Shown here piece by piece: positions 20,388 to 20,898 of a stretch of 20,898 nucleotides of DNA (the stretch's first letter is position 1; the number at the start of each line of letters is the position of its first letter). The DNA is taken from the NCBI GenBank assembly GCA_051294375.1, contig JBJCIZ010000307.1, positions 1 to 20,898 of the forward strand, given 5' to 3'. The notes beneath the pieces were generated by a model, which worked only from the letters and a program-made list of their open reading frames with translations, made no database searches and had not been told where the DNA came from. The stretch is from Paraspadella gotoi (taxonomy: Eukaryota; Animalia; Chaetognatha). The translations under genes were made by a program, and so were the position numbers.

Positions 20388-20898
20388 NNNNNNNNNNNNN
20401 NNNNNNNNNNNNNNNNNNNNNNNNNNNNNNNNNNNNNNNNNNNNNNNNNNNNNNNNNNNNNNNNNNNNNNNNNNNNNNNNNNNNNNNNNNNNNNNNNNNN
20501 NNNNNNNNNNNNNNNNNNNNNNNNNNNNNNNNNNNNNNNNNNNNNNNNNNNNNNNNNNNNNNNNNNNNNNNNNNNNNNNNNNNNNNNNNNNNNNNNNNNN
20601 NNNNNNNNNNNNNNNNNNNNNNNNNNNNNNNNNNNNNNNNNNNNNNNNNNNNNNNNNNNNNNNNNNNNNNNNNNNNNNNNNNNNNNNNNNNNNNNNNNNN
20701 NNNNNNNNNNNNNNNNNNNNNNNNNNNNNNNNNNNNNNNNNNNNNNNNNNNNNNNNNNNNNNNNNNNNNNNNNNNNNNNNNNNNNNNNNNNNNNNNGACC
20801 TCAATTACTGCCACTGTGTCACTACAGTTGCTTTGCCCTCTTGGGAGGTCCTCATCTCAGGGAGAAATTTTTTTACATTTAGTGATTTCGCCATTGGC

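Larger units (their letters stand above)
16432..20796. other. Region with four assembly gaps (16432-16620, 17822-17846, 19448-19617, 20388-20796)
   Basis: Runs of N; contiguity across them is unverified. Confidence 0.99.

Overview
This is a repeat-rich eukaryotic (probably invertebrate) scaffold with four N gaps, dominated by nested retroelements. (1) A decayed minus-strand Ty3/Gypsy LTR retrotransposon of the CsRN1 clade spans ~1945-5800. It has a CHCC-type Gag, a degenerate tRNA-Trp PBS, a -1 frameshift signal and PR-RT-IN, with RNase H deleted. A possible plus-strand LTR of another element abuts it at 1121-1940. (2) A 5'-truncated Penelope-like element (RT + GIY-YIG) spans 7499-11426. It has ~1013-bp inverted repeats, a 33-nt 3' tail, a 13-bp target-site duplication, a hammerhead ribozyme core in each repeat and a non-canonical KxDD RT motif. 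(3) The PLE sits between two unassigned minus-strand genes: a spliced Cys/His-rich gene and a coiled-coil/disordered gene. These lie downstream of a TATA/CCAAT promoter-like block with tandem repeats. (4) A GC-rich minisatellite lies at ~17 kb. (5) A divergent retroviral-type integrase with D-34-E spacing lies at the right end. All calls come from reading motifs by eye; no database searches were run.
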